From an uncultured Hormoscilla sp. (GTDB lineage: Bacteria > Cyanobacteriota > Cyanobacteriia > Cyanobacteriales > Desertifilaceae): DNA of 64,000 nt. Positions within the stretch are counted from its first letter, which is position 1. Each line of letters starts with the position of its first letter. Location of the stretch: contig OZ001293.3 of assembly GCA_963921275.4 (NCBI GenBank), positions 672,001 to 736,000 of the forward strand, given 5' to 3'. The notes under the pieces are model-generated. The model was not told the DNA's origin. It worked only from the letters and a program-made list of their open reading frames with translations, and did no database searches. Shown piece after piece: positions 51,307 to 61,233 of the stretch. The position numbers and the translations under genes were made by a program.

Positions 51307-52393
51307 AGAACCGTGTGGTGCGAATCGTTTTGGCGTAAGTCTGAAATATGGCGATCGCCGGGCTGGTTAATACCAGCAACTCTGGTCATCATGGGGGTTC
51401 AATTCCCCTTCCCCCAGGTACGGGGGTGACACCGGTCCTCGGTGCTGCGGAGTAACATTACCGTGGTGCCTCCCGAGGACAAATGTAGGATAAGGTCTCA
51501 GCCCAGAGACCGACGCCGCTAGGAAAGAGGCTCATGGTTAGAGCAAGCGAATCCCTGTAAGCATCGTCATCTTAAACAAGCGAAAAGAGGCTGACACGCT
51601 TGGTGCAAAATGCGCACGCAGTCCGCGTATCAGTGGTTGCACGTCACTGATATCGTACCCGAAATGACTGCCGGTGTATAGGGGAGACCTAAAAGCCTCG
51701 TGAAATGATACCAGGGAACGTTCCGGACAAGAGCGGTGCTGTCCAGATGGACAAGTCAGATGTGCGTCCGCGTAGCGTGCGCGCAGCGCCTAGCGCATGC
51801 CCGCGTGGGGAGGGAGGTCCTAAGAAGCTAATGCCCGGGGTAATGCCTGTGGATATGCAGACGTAGGACGGATATGGTAAAAAGCTCTAGGAGATAGTAG
51901 CCCTCTAAACGTGCTTAACCAGTGGCAACACTAGGTAGTAATGATGGACTTAAATCCTAACCGGGTAAAAATTTAGAGGCCCCATACGGGCACCTGTTAG
52001 TAAAGAACGGTCATAGTGGTTTTCTAGTTCCCCCCCGTAAACCTTCCGGAGTTAGGTACTCAACTAGTTCATGACTGACCATAAAGGGGCTATATTTCAT
52101 AGGGCAAGGGACAACGGGAGTAATCCCTAGTAATCCTACCCGTGACAAGGGTTTACCAACCAGTAGCCGTGTGCGGTGAAAGTCGCTCTTCAGGTTCCGA
52201 ATGGGAGGATTGTCCCGCGAGGGACAGCTCGACCCCGACCAGGAGCGAACCAGTGAGGGCACCGAGACGAAACACGGCCAGTCGTCGGTGCCCTTTCTGA
52301 TCTAAAACATCTCCACCACCGCATCCATTGAGCAGTTATCAGTGAGCAGTGACCACGTACCATGCCGAGTGACCACTTATTAGCATAGTTTCT
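51307..52393 (+). ncRNA. ssrS: Probable 6S RNA split by a group II intron (exons ~51307-51317 and 52241-~52393)
   Basis: Spliced form AGAACCGTGTG|AGGAGCGAACCAGT..AGGGCACCGA/TCGGTGCCCT stem..CTAAAACATCT..GAGCAGTTATCAGT..CATAGTTTCT; termini can pair; motifs recalled from cyanobacterial 6S RNAs. Confidence 0.7.
51318..52240 (+). mobile_element. ORF-less group II intron (923 nt)
   Basis: 5' GTGCGAATCG; EBS1 TGCACG (51638-51643) pairs with exon CGTGTG; DV/DVI ending CTCGACCCCGACC. Confidence 0.9.
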
Positions 52394-52483
52394 GGCGAGC
52401 AATATTTATATTGCTAATAATATCATGTTATCTATTGACAATTGTAAATTCGCAATTGACAATTTGGCATTTATGACATATTG

Positions 52484-52873
52484 GTGCGACTCGTTTAGTG
52501 TAGTGCGATTCGTTCTAGTCTAACGTGGGCAACTACGGAACGCTAGGCCAGGTCCAAACTGGTAACTCTGGTATTCATGGGGGTTAGATTCCCTCTCTCC
52601 AAGTGTGGGAGTAACACCGGTCCTTAGTGCTGCTGAGTCACATCACGGTGGTGCGGAGCAAGGACTTAAATGTAGGATAGCTAGCAGCCTAAGCTAGTGA
52701 CGCCGCTAGGAAAGATGCTAATGGCTAGAACAAGCGAACCTGTGTACGCCTCGTTATCTAGAACCAGCGAAATAAGGCTTAAAGCGCTGGCCCAAAAGGG
52801 AAATGGTAGTTTGTGCTGGTTCTTGCACTTGGCCAGTATCGCACTCTAAGAACTCCCGGGGTATAGCAGGGGC
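52484..52873 (+). mobile_element. Twintron 5' remnant: first 19 nt of an RT-lineage intron, then the truncated 5' part (52503-52873) of the ORF-less intron
   Basis: GTGCGACTCGTTTAGTGTA|GTGCGATTCGTTCTAG; matches the reverse complement of the 5' part of 15011-15844. Confidence 0.85.
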
Positions 52874-54354
52874 TCAGTTCGGGGCTTTTGCCTAATCTTG
52901 TGCTCCAATATGTGAGGTTCCCGTCGTATGGGCTTGCGGTCCCTTTCACTTTTACGTGTCTGATTATCTCAGTTTCGGAGTGTTTACGTATCTTCATATC
53001 ACCCTCTTTTGTCTTGCTTCGGAATCGCCATTTAGCATCCTGGTTTACAGACCAGTATTTATAGGTTATCCAGTTACTTGACTTGTTAGGGTGCCTCCTT
53101 TTGGCCCATTGCCATAGGATGTTCCATAGGTAGTTGTCCATATCGCTGTAAATTTCCTTGCTTACCACTGTCCTAAAGTAGTTTGACCATCCCCTTATTA
53201 TCGGGTTTAGCCTGCTTATTAGGGCCGCTTGTGGTGCTGTTATATGGCTAGTTACCATTTCTGATAACCGTTCTTTATGCTTCCCTATGGACTTATTACT
53301 GGGTTTGATTAGGGTTTTGAATCCTAGGGGTGTTCCGTTTGTTGATTTGCCGGTTCTGTATTTTCCCTCTTTATATTGCCTTATGTTAAATCCTAGGAAG
53401 TCGAATCCCGGGTTTTCTCCATTTAGCCTGTGGGCTATCTTTGTCTTTTCGGGCCTTCAACTCAAGCCCTATTCTTCTTAGCCACTCTGCCACCACTGTT
53501 TGCGCTCTGTCTATCATCTCCCTGTCTTCATGCATGATCACAAAGTCGTCTGCGTATCTGACTACCGTCAGCTTTCGCTTTTCCCTTTGTGTCTTTGCTA
53601 ATTCCATTACTGCTTCCTCTAACCCCTGTAGGGCTATATTGGCTAGCAGTGGGGATATGACACCCCCTTGTGGCGTTCCTGCCTCAGTTGTGTGCCATAT
53701 CTTCTTGTCAATCACCCCGGCTTTTAACCATGCCCGTACTTGTTTACGGATTGGTGACGTAGTATTTAATTTTTCGACTAGCGCTTTGTGGTCTATCCTG
53801 TCGAAACATTTCGCAATATCTGCATCTAATACCCATTTGGGTTTCTGTTTAATGCTGCTGAATATTGCCGCAATTGCATCGTGGCATCCCCGACCCGGTC
53901 TGAATCCGTATGAGTTCCCCTCCATATATGCTTCCCATTCGGGTTCAAGCGCAATCTTGAGGAGCCCTTGATTCGCGCGGTCGTGCATCGTGGGTATTCC
54001 TAAAGGACGTTTTTCTTCTCTCCCTGGCTTAGGAATCCATACACGACGTGTAGGCTTAGCCTTGTTTGAGATTTCAATCTGTCCTACCAGTTCTCGGCGT
54101 TGCTTTGGGGTTAGTGATTTCACACCATCCACACCGGCTGTCTTCTTTCCCTGGTTATCTTGTGTAACCCGTCGTACCGCTAGACATTTGGCAGCCCGGG
54201 AGCTTACCAGTAACCTTTGGAGCCTGCGAACTTTTTGCTTATTGCCTTCTTGTGCCGCTCTGTAAATTCGTTTTTGCAACTTAAAGACTACCCGTTCCAG
54301 CCGAGGCCAGGGGATATCCTTCCATTCATTCATCGATTTTGACATCGTGCTCAT
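52872..54354 (-). pseudogene. ltrA: Intron RT/maturase, frameshifted near 53455 and truncated
   Basis: TPQGGVISPLL, RYADD, NPIIRGW, YWSTRLGKSPEL. Confidence 0.9.
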
Positions 54355-54973
54355 GACGTATGTATTGCTACTTACAACTTTACAATTGACGTTACCGTGA
54401 GGGCGTCAGCATATCCCATCCATTACAGAAAGGCGTTAGCTTCTCCGCGAAATCTTTCCCAGATATAACCTGCCGAATGTAAGCAGATGTTGCGCCTTTG
54501 GTGGCTGCTCAACCTATCGACCGGTGGTTGAGAGTATGTACCTGGTTTACTTCGTTCCTCTAGATGATTGGTCGTAGTTTTAGGTGGATTCCTTATGCCG
54601 GGTTTATTGTCGGTGCTTATTGGTCAGAATTCAAACCGCCAATGACCATTATCCTTTCCCTTTTGGGCCAGCGTGTTTAGCCTTATTACGCTGGTTTGTC
54701 GTAACGACACTGTAAATCTTTGCTTTCGCTCACCGTGACTACTTGCACGCTGCGCGAAAAATCGGCGATGACCGGTTTAGGCTACCAGCCAGGGCGCCTT
54801 TCGTACCCGCTTCACGGATTGATGCCATCGCTACCGTGGGGTAAGTGCTGTCACTCCTGCACCTGGAGGGGTGGGCTTTCACCACCATCATCTAAAAGTT
54901 ATCAAGGCTAATGGAGCCTTGCCAGTGGTCCCCCTTCGGTTATCACCGGTGGTTTACACTGAACGAGTCGCAC
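52872..54973 (-). mobile_element. RT-type group II intron truncated at its 3' end (no HNH, DV or DVI)
   Basis: 5' GTGCGACTCGTTCAGTG at 54973; homologous to 14728-17892. Confidence 0.88.
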
Positions 54974-55048
54974 TAAAACGCCGACATTTTAACTTCTCTG
55001 TGCTGGGAAGCCGTAAAGTGTGTCTTACTACGAACGACTGACCCTCTA

Positions 55049-56027
55049 TAGTGAGTCTGTGCGATTCGTTCTAGCCTAACGTGGTCAAACACGGAACGCT
55101 AGCCCGGTTTCATTAGCCGGGAACTCTGACCGCATGGGGGTTAAATTCCCCTCCCCCCAGGTACGGGGGTGACACCGGTCCTCGGTGCTACGAAGCGACA
55201 TCATCGTGGTGCTAAGCGAGGACTCAAATGTAGGATAACTGGCAGCCTAAGCCGGTGACGCCGCTAGGAAAGATATCCAAGGTTAGAGCAGGCAAACATG
55301 TGCAAGCCTCGTTATAAGGAACCAGCGAAATAAGGCTATATGCGCTGGCCTAAAAAGGAAATGGTAGCTAGTATTAGTTTTAGACTCTGGCTAATATAGT
55401 ACTCAAATAGCTCCCGGGGTATAGTGTGGACCTAAAGGTATCGCGAAATGTTGTTAGGGAACGAAGTAACCTCTCGTGTGCTGTCCATCAGGACAAGTTA
55501 GATGTTAAGCGCAAGCCACGGGGGGAGGGATGGCCCAAGAAGCGAATGCCCGGGGTAATTCCTGGGATAACATCTACAGTAATGTAGATGATGCTGGGTA
55601 GCCAGCGCTGACGTGGGTCGGTGATACTAGGAAGCTGCTGGAATGAGTAATCCTAAAAAGCCACGGAACTAATCCGAAACGCAAGTGGAGGATAAGGTAT
55701 GGATAACTGGTAAAACTGACTTGAAAATGGTGATACTAACGGTTATCAGAACAACCACTCGCTAAACCAGGAAAGGGAAGAAAAGACAGGCGGCAAGGGC
55801 TAACGGAAGTAATTCCTATTAAGTCTACCTATGAAAAGGGCCTAGTACCCAGTAGCCGGATGCGGTGAAAATCGCAAGTCCGGTTCCTCAAGGGAGGGTC
55901 GGGAAGCGATTCCCGGCTCGACCCCATCCAAATCATTTGTGTAAATATTCTGGTAAATCAGCGCCCAAACCCTTGCGGGGCAAGTATTTCAGCAAACACA
56001 GATTGCACAACTAATTTAGGCTAGCTA
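55049..56027. mobile_element. IS630-type MITE (108 bp without intron) with a group II intron in its left TIR
   Basis: TAGTGAGTCT|AAATCATTTGTG vs CACAACTAATTTAGGCTAGCTA; TA flanks; TIR resembles the IS630 at 10602. Confidence 0.8.
55059..55929 (+). mobile_element. ORF-less group II intron (871 nt)
   Basis: GTGCGATTCG; EBS1 AGACTC (55382-55387) pairs perfectly with GAGTCT; canonical DV; end CTCGACCCCATCC. Confidence 0.92.
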
Positions 56028-56142
56028 TAGGCGCTTTCGTGCCTGGGAAGTAGTAAAGTGTGTCTTACTACGAACGGGGAAGACACACTTTACTGCTTAC
56101 TACGAACGACCGGAAGCGTAAGTCCTGACTAACTGACAGATT

Positions 56143-56613
56143 CTAGGGCAAAATAAGTGGCAAAAATTTGTCTGTCACGACGCTATTAATTTCCTGTGGT
56201 AAGTGGTCCATGCAGGGTTTGAGAAAGCCTTTGGCCGAGTTGATTAGTTCGGCGGGGATGACGCCGTCTTTGATAATCTGCTGTTGGTCGTAGATGTCGG
56301 CAATGAATAGGTTTAGGGCCCTAATCCGCTGCTTCAGTCCCTGTTCCAGCTTGGCCCATTCAGCCGCTGCTACAATCCGGGGGATGATATCAAAAGGAAA
56401 AATTCGCTCGGTTCCTTGGCGGTCCCCGTAGACGTTGAAGGTGACTCCCATCTTAAACAACGCTATCTGTGCTGCTTGTTCTCGCTGCTGGAGTTCCCCC
56501 TCTGATAGAGGGTCAGGCGTTTCTATCAAAGCCGCAGATTCTGGGCGTGGCATGCTGGCAGTGGCAAAAAGTTCGTCGTAGAAGTCCCCTGGATCCTATG
56601 ATGTAAACTGCAC
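56143..56613 (-). pseudogene. Circularly permuted type 2 ATP-grasp protein, truncated
   Basis: GVTFNVYGD..ERIFPFDIIPR..GLKQRIRALNLF.DIY. Confidence 0.8.
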
Positions 56614-56729
56614 GGGCTATTTTCTGCGATTGAGATCAATATTTATCATGCAGGTTCGTAGTGAGGATTTTAGTCCTCAAGCCGGTAAGCACTAAAGTGC
56701 TTACTACGAACCTAAAGTACTAACTAGGA

Positions 56730-57530
56730 ATGACTTATAACCGGTGGTCGCCGAAAGCTAAGCTGCTGCTAACTCTAGTGCAGCGGGATTTGGAAGCCCG
56801 ATACAAGGGTTCTGTTCTGGGTAATTTGTGGCCTTTGTTGAACCAGCTGTCACAGTTGCTGATCTATACCTATGTCTTCTCGATCGTCCTCAAGGTGAAG
56901 CTCAGTTTGTCTGGTGTACCGGCTAACAACTTGACCTTTGGCCTGTGGCTGTTCGCTGGCTTGCTGCCTTGGACGACCTTTATTACTAGCCTCTTGCAAG
57001 CCTCTACTTCTGCGATCGCCCAGCCAAATTTGGTCAAGAAAGTAGTCTTTCCCTTGGCCCTGTTGCCTCTGGTGCCGATTCTCGCAGCTTTTATTGAAAG
57101 TGGATTGGGAATGCTGACCTTAATTATCTTCACTAGCTTGTTCTCCCAGACCCTTCATGGTACTATCTGGCTTTTGCCCCTGGTCTGGTTGCCCCAGCTG
57201 TTACTGACCATGGGCCTGGGTTACTTGGCCGCTGGATTGACCGTGTTTCTCCGGGATGTGCCCCAAACCCTTGCAGTCCTGACTAATCTCTGGTTCTATG
57301 TCACCCCGATCGTCTATCCTGCTAATGTGATTCCCGAACCTTGGCGGACCTGGGTGCTTTGGCTTAACCCCCTGGCGGCGATCGTCCAGGTCTATCGCGA
57401 CCTGATTCTCACGGGACAGGTAAAGCATGTGGCTGAATGGGCGATCGCCACAGTTGTTTCTATCTTAGTCTTCTCAGGTGGCTTCTGGGTTTATCAACGC
57501 CTGCGCCCAGCTTTTGCTGATGTCCTCTAG
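56730..57530 (+). CDS. wzm: Polysaccharide ABC exporter permease
   Basis: RDLEARYKGSVLG..W; RD; TPIVYP; LNPL; FADVL. Confidence 0.92.
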   Translation: MTYNRWSPKAKLLLTLVQRDLEARYKGSVLGNLWPLLNQLSQLLIYTYVFSIVLKVKLSLSGVPANNLTFGLWLFAGLLPWTTFITSLLQASTSAIAQPNLVKKVVFPLALLPLVPILAAFIESGLGMLTLIIFTSLFSQTLHGTIWLLPLVWLPQLLLTMGLGYLAAGLTVFLRDVPQTLAVLTNLWFYVTPIVYPANVIPEPWRTWVLWLNPLAAIVQVYRDLILTGQVKHVAEWAIATVVSILVFSGGFWVYQRLRPAFADVL

Positions 57531-57830
57531 ACTAGACTATCGTTCTGGCCCGCCCCGCCCTAAAGGGACGGGCGGTGTCTGAAGCATGCCGCGTCCTTCA
57601 GGACAAGAGCATGCTTCAGACACCGATAATTGGTACAAAACCCGTCTGGGTTCGCTCGTTTCCTGACTCTGGCAGGGAACGTCTTCGGGAGGCAGAGCCT
57701 CCAGTCAGAATCATTGCTTCTAGACTAGCCTAGAGGCGGAGCCTCTAAAGCCGCGTCACCAGGCTCAGCCTGGTAACGAGATGAAACGAGAACCCACCCT
57801 ACACTCAACTTGAGATTACAGCCAGAAAGA

Positions 57831-59180
57831 ATGAGTGAAATTGCCATTTCACTAAAGAAAATATCCAAGTGCTTTCAGCGCTATGCCCGTCCGGCGGACC
57901 GCCTGAAAGAGCTACTGTTTCCTGGTAAAAGTCTGGCACAGAAGTTTTGGGCTTTGCGCGATCTCGATCTGGAAGTCCCCAAAGGACAGACTCTGGGTAT
58001 TGTCGGACGCAATGGTTCTGGAAAAAGTACCCTGCTGCAAATTATTGCTGCTACTCTCACGCCGACTACGGGTGCAGTTGAGGTGCAAGGCAGAATTTCG
58101 GCTCTCTTAGAACTTGGCAGCGGCTTTAACCCGGAGTTTACCGGTCGGCAAAATGTCTTTTTTAATGGACAGCTGTTGGGTTTGAGTCGCCGGGATATAG
58201 AGGATAAATTTGATGACATCGCCGCTTTTGCTGATATTGGTGATTTCCTAGAACAACCTGTTAAAACTTACTCTAGTGGCATGTTCGTTCGCTTGGCTTT
58301 TGCTGTCGCTACTAGCGCTGAACCTGATATTTTGATAGTGGATGAGGCTCTTTCCGTGGGGGATGAAGCTTTTCAACGTAAGTGTTTTGCTCGCATTCAA
58401 GATATTCGAGATCGGGGGGGGACGATTTTGTTTGTCTCCCATGCTGCGGCGACCATCGTGGAATTGTGCGATCGGGCTATTTTACTGGACGGCGGCGAAC
58501 TGCTCTTGCAGGGTACTCCTAAGTTTGTCGTTTCTAAATATCAGGAGTTTATTTATGCTCCGGGCGATCGGGTAGCATCTTTACGGCAAGAACTCCGCCA
58601 AGCTAATGAAAAGTTGCTGGCTGAGACTAATATAATAGGGTCAAAGAATATCCACTTAAATAGTAATCTTGAAGAAGAGACGCCAGAATTTTACGACCCT
58701 TCCCTAAATCCGGAAAACACGATATCCTACATTAGCCGGGGGGCAAAAATTATTAATCCCGGGATAACTACAATCGCCACCGGTAAGCTAGTAAATCATT
58801 TGAGCGGGCGTCGCAAATACCTTTACAGCTATTCAGTTCGGTTTTGGCAGCCCGCCCAGAATGTCCGGTTTGGTATGCTGATTAAAACTGTTAGTGGATT
58901 GGAGTTGGGAGGCGCTTCCTTTTCTCCTTCCTTTCATGAGAGCGTGGATTTTGAGGCCGAGCAAGTGGTCAGGGTAAAATTTAGATTTCACTGCCTGCTA
59001 CATCCGGGAGTTTATTTCTTAAATGCCGGAGTATCTGGTATGGTGGATGGAGAATTCGTTTACTTAGCCCGTTGTATAGATGCAGCTATCTTTCGAGTAA
59101 AATCGGAGGAAAAATCCTGTGGCAATGGAACGATCGACTTTAAGATTGAACCTAGTTTGAGTTTATCTGGGGAGGAGTGA
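57831..59180 (+). CDS. wzt: Polysaccharide ABC exporter ATPase with C-terminal carbohydrate-binding domain
   Basis: GRNGSGKST, YSSGMFVRLAF, VDEALSVGD. Confidence 0.93.
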   Translation: MSEIAISLKKISKCFQRYARPADRLKELLFPGKSLAQKFWALRDLDLEVPKGQTLGIVGRNGSGKSTLLQIIAATLTPTTGAVEVQGRISALLELGSGFNPEFTGRQNVFFNGQLLGLSRRDIEDKFDDIAAFADIGDFLEQPVKTYSSGMFVRLAFAVATSAEPDILIVDEALSVGDEAFQRKCFARIQDIRDRGGTILFVSHAAATIVELCDRAILLDGGELLLQGTPKFVVSKYQEFIYAPGDRVASLRQELRQANEKLLAETNIIGSKNIHLNSNLEEETPEFYDPSLNPENTISYISRGAKIINPGITTIATGKLVNHLSGRRKYLYSYSVRFWQPAQNVRFGMLIKTVSGLELGGASFSPSFHESVDFEAEQVVRVKFRFHCLLHPGVYFLNAGVSGMVDGEFVYLARCIDAAIFRVKSEEKSCGNGTIDFKIEPSLSLSGEE

Positions 59181-59189
59181 GAACGGTAG

Positions 59190-61211
59190 ATGATGGAGTC
59201 AGAAGGGATATTATATCCAGATGAGAGTAACTTAGTTATTCAAGAGTTTATTAGAGAGAAGGTTAAGTACCCAGGGTCATTTAAGTCCGGAATCAGTATT
59301 CGGGACGAAATGTATCTGTATGCCTTAAATAATGCTAAAGGCGATCGGGAAGAAGCTACCAGGCGCTACTATAGAAATGGTCGCCGGATTATGGATGCAG
59401 TCCAAGATCTAATCGGTGAGTACAGAGGGGGATTCGATCGCCTGGACTCTTTCCTAGATTTTGCCTGCGGTTACGGACGCTTGACTCGCTTTCTGATCCA
59501 GGAAATGCCCCCTGCCCGAATTTGGGTATCGGACATTGACGCCGCTGCGGTAAAATTTCAAATAGCGAAATTTGGAGTCAATGGCATAGTTTCGACGACT
59601 AATCCTCAAGATTATCATCCCCAGGACCGGTTTGATGTGATTCTGGCAAGTTCCTTTTTTAGCCATGTTCCGGAAAAACCCTTTGCTAATTGGCTACAAA
59701 AACTCTATAGTTTACTGTCAGATCGTGGATTATTAATTTTCAGCGTCCACGACTGGACCCTATTTCCTGGTAAGATGGTGGGAGGAATTCATTTTATCCC
59801 CCAGAGTGAGAGTCAGTCCCTGGATGGGCAAGAATATGGTACAACTTATGTGAGGGAAGCGTTTGTCAGTAAAGCGATAAAGCAAGGTGTGACGAGGGGC
59901 GAGGTAAATTACCAAAGGCGACCGCAAGGATTGTGCGGACACCAAGATTTATATATAATAGGTAAAGGCAGTTCGGCTAAGCTCACTGCCAGAAGTGATG
60001 GTTTAGGATCGGCAATGGAATCAAAAGTGCTGGCGATCGCGGGGATGCATCGTTCGGGAACATCTTTAACTGCTTCTGTACTCCAGAGTGCGGGAGTATA
60101 TTTGGGAGACAGGTTAGTCGGGGTAGATGTGGGAAATGATAAAGGTCATTTTGAGGATATAGATTTTGTCGAGTTTCACAAACAGCTCCTGCGATCGCAG
60201 TCTCTGGACGCCGATGGCTTGACTTTCCAGCCTCAGATGAATGTAGCTGATCGCTATGTTAAAATAGCCCAAGACCTGATCGAGGAAAAATCGGTGCATT
60301 CTCTCTGGGGATGGAAGGATCCCAGGACGACTTTGTTTTTGGACTTCTGGTTGCAGTTACTCCCGGATGTTAATTTCCTCTTGGTCTATCGATCGCCTTG
60401 GGAGGTGGTTGACTCCCTTTACCGCCGGGGAACGGACGAACTGATTGCCGCTTACCCGGAAAAGGCCGTGGAACTCTGGATGCATTATAACCAAAAAATT
60501 CTGGAATTTTACGACCGCGTCCCCGATCGCTGTCTGTTAGCATCGAGATGCCAAATTGTCAGCAATCCTCAGTTATTGATCGAGACAATTAATGAAAAGT
60601 TTCAGCTCAATTTAACTGAGCCAAGACATGATATAATCGCACCAGCGCTCATGGGGCAGTCAGTCAGTCAGACCCATAGACCGGTGTTGATCAAAAAATA
60701 CTTCCCCGCAGCATTAGATCTATATCTAGCGTTGGATGCCAAAGCGGCACCGATGCATGGAGAACCGAGTTTGTCTTGGTCTCAATATGTGAAATCATAC
60801 TCGCCCCAAGACTGGGGTTTTCGAGATTGGCAAGAAATAGGAAGTCTGAAAAGTCAAATCCAACTGCTGCAAACCCAAAACGATCGCACTCAACTCCAGC
60901 GGACTCAAGCCGAACTGCAAGAAACGCGATCGCAGCTGCAAGCAACTCAGTCCCAACTGCAAGCAACCCAGTTGCAACTGCAAGCAACTCAGTCCCAGTA
61001 CCAGCAGCTACAGACAGAAACGCAAGAGTTGAATTCGCAGCTGGAGGAGACGCGAGTGCAACTGTCTGAGACGCGATCGCAGTTGGACCAAACTCAGGTA
61101 AAACTGCTTGCATGTGAAGGTCAAATAGCTGCCATGGAAACCAGCAAGTTTTGGCGATTACGGAAAAGATGGTTTAAGGTGAAAAGGTGGATGGGTTTAA
61201 GAACTGAGTGA
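59190..61211 (+). CDS. SAM methyltransferase-sulfotransferase fusion with C-terminal coiled coil
   Basis: LDFACGYGR; GMHRSGTS and WGWKDPR; Q-rich heptad repeats. Confidence 0.85.
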   Translation: MMESEGILYPDESNLVIQEFIREKVKYPGSFKSGISIRDEMYLYALNNAKGDREEATRRYYRNGRRIMDAVQDLIGEYRGGFDRLDSFLDFACGYGRLTRFLIQEMPPARIWVSDIDAAAVKFQIAKFGVNGIVSTTNPQDYHPQDRFDVILASSFFSHVPEKPFANWLQKLYSLLSDRGLLIFSVHDWTLFPGKMVGGIHFIPQSESQSLDGQEYGTTYVREAFVSKAIKQGVTRGEVNYQRRPQGLCGHQDLYIIGKGSSAKLTARSDGLGSAMESKVLAIAGMHRSGTSLTASVLQSAGVYLGDRLVGVDVGNDKGHFEDIDFVEFHKQLLRSQSLDADGLTFQPQMNVADRYVKIAQDLIEEKSVHSLWGWKDPRTTLFLDFWLQLLPDVNFLLVYRSPWEVVDSLYRRGTDELIAAYPEKAVELWMHYNQKILEFYDRVPDRCLLASRCQIVSNPQLLIETINEKFQLNLTEPRHDIIAPALMGQSVSQTHRPVLIKKYFPAALDLYLALDAKAAPMHGEPSLSWSQYVKSYSPQDWGFRDWQEIGSLKSQIQLLQTQNDRTQLQRTQAELQETRSQLQATQSQLQATQLQLQATQSQYQQLQTETQELNSQLEETRVQLSETRSQLDQTQVKLLACEGQIAAMETSKFWRLRKRWFKVKRWMGLRTE

Positions 61212-61233
61212 GAATAATTACCAGAGATGTGAC

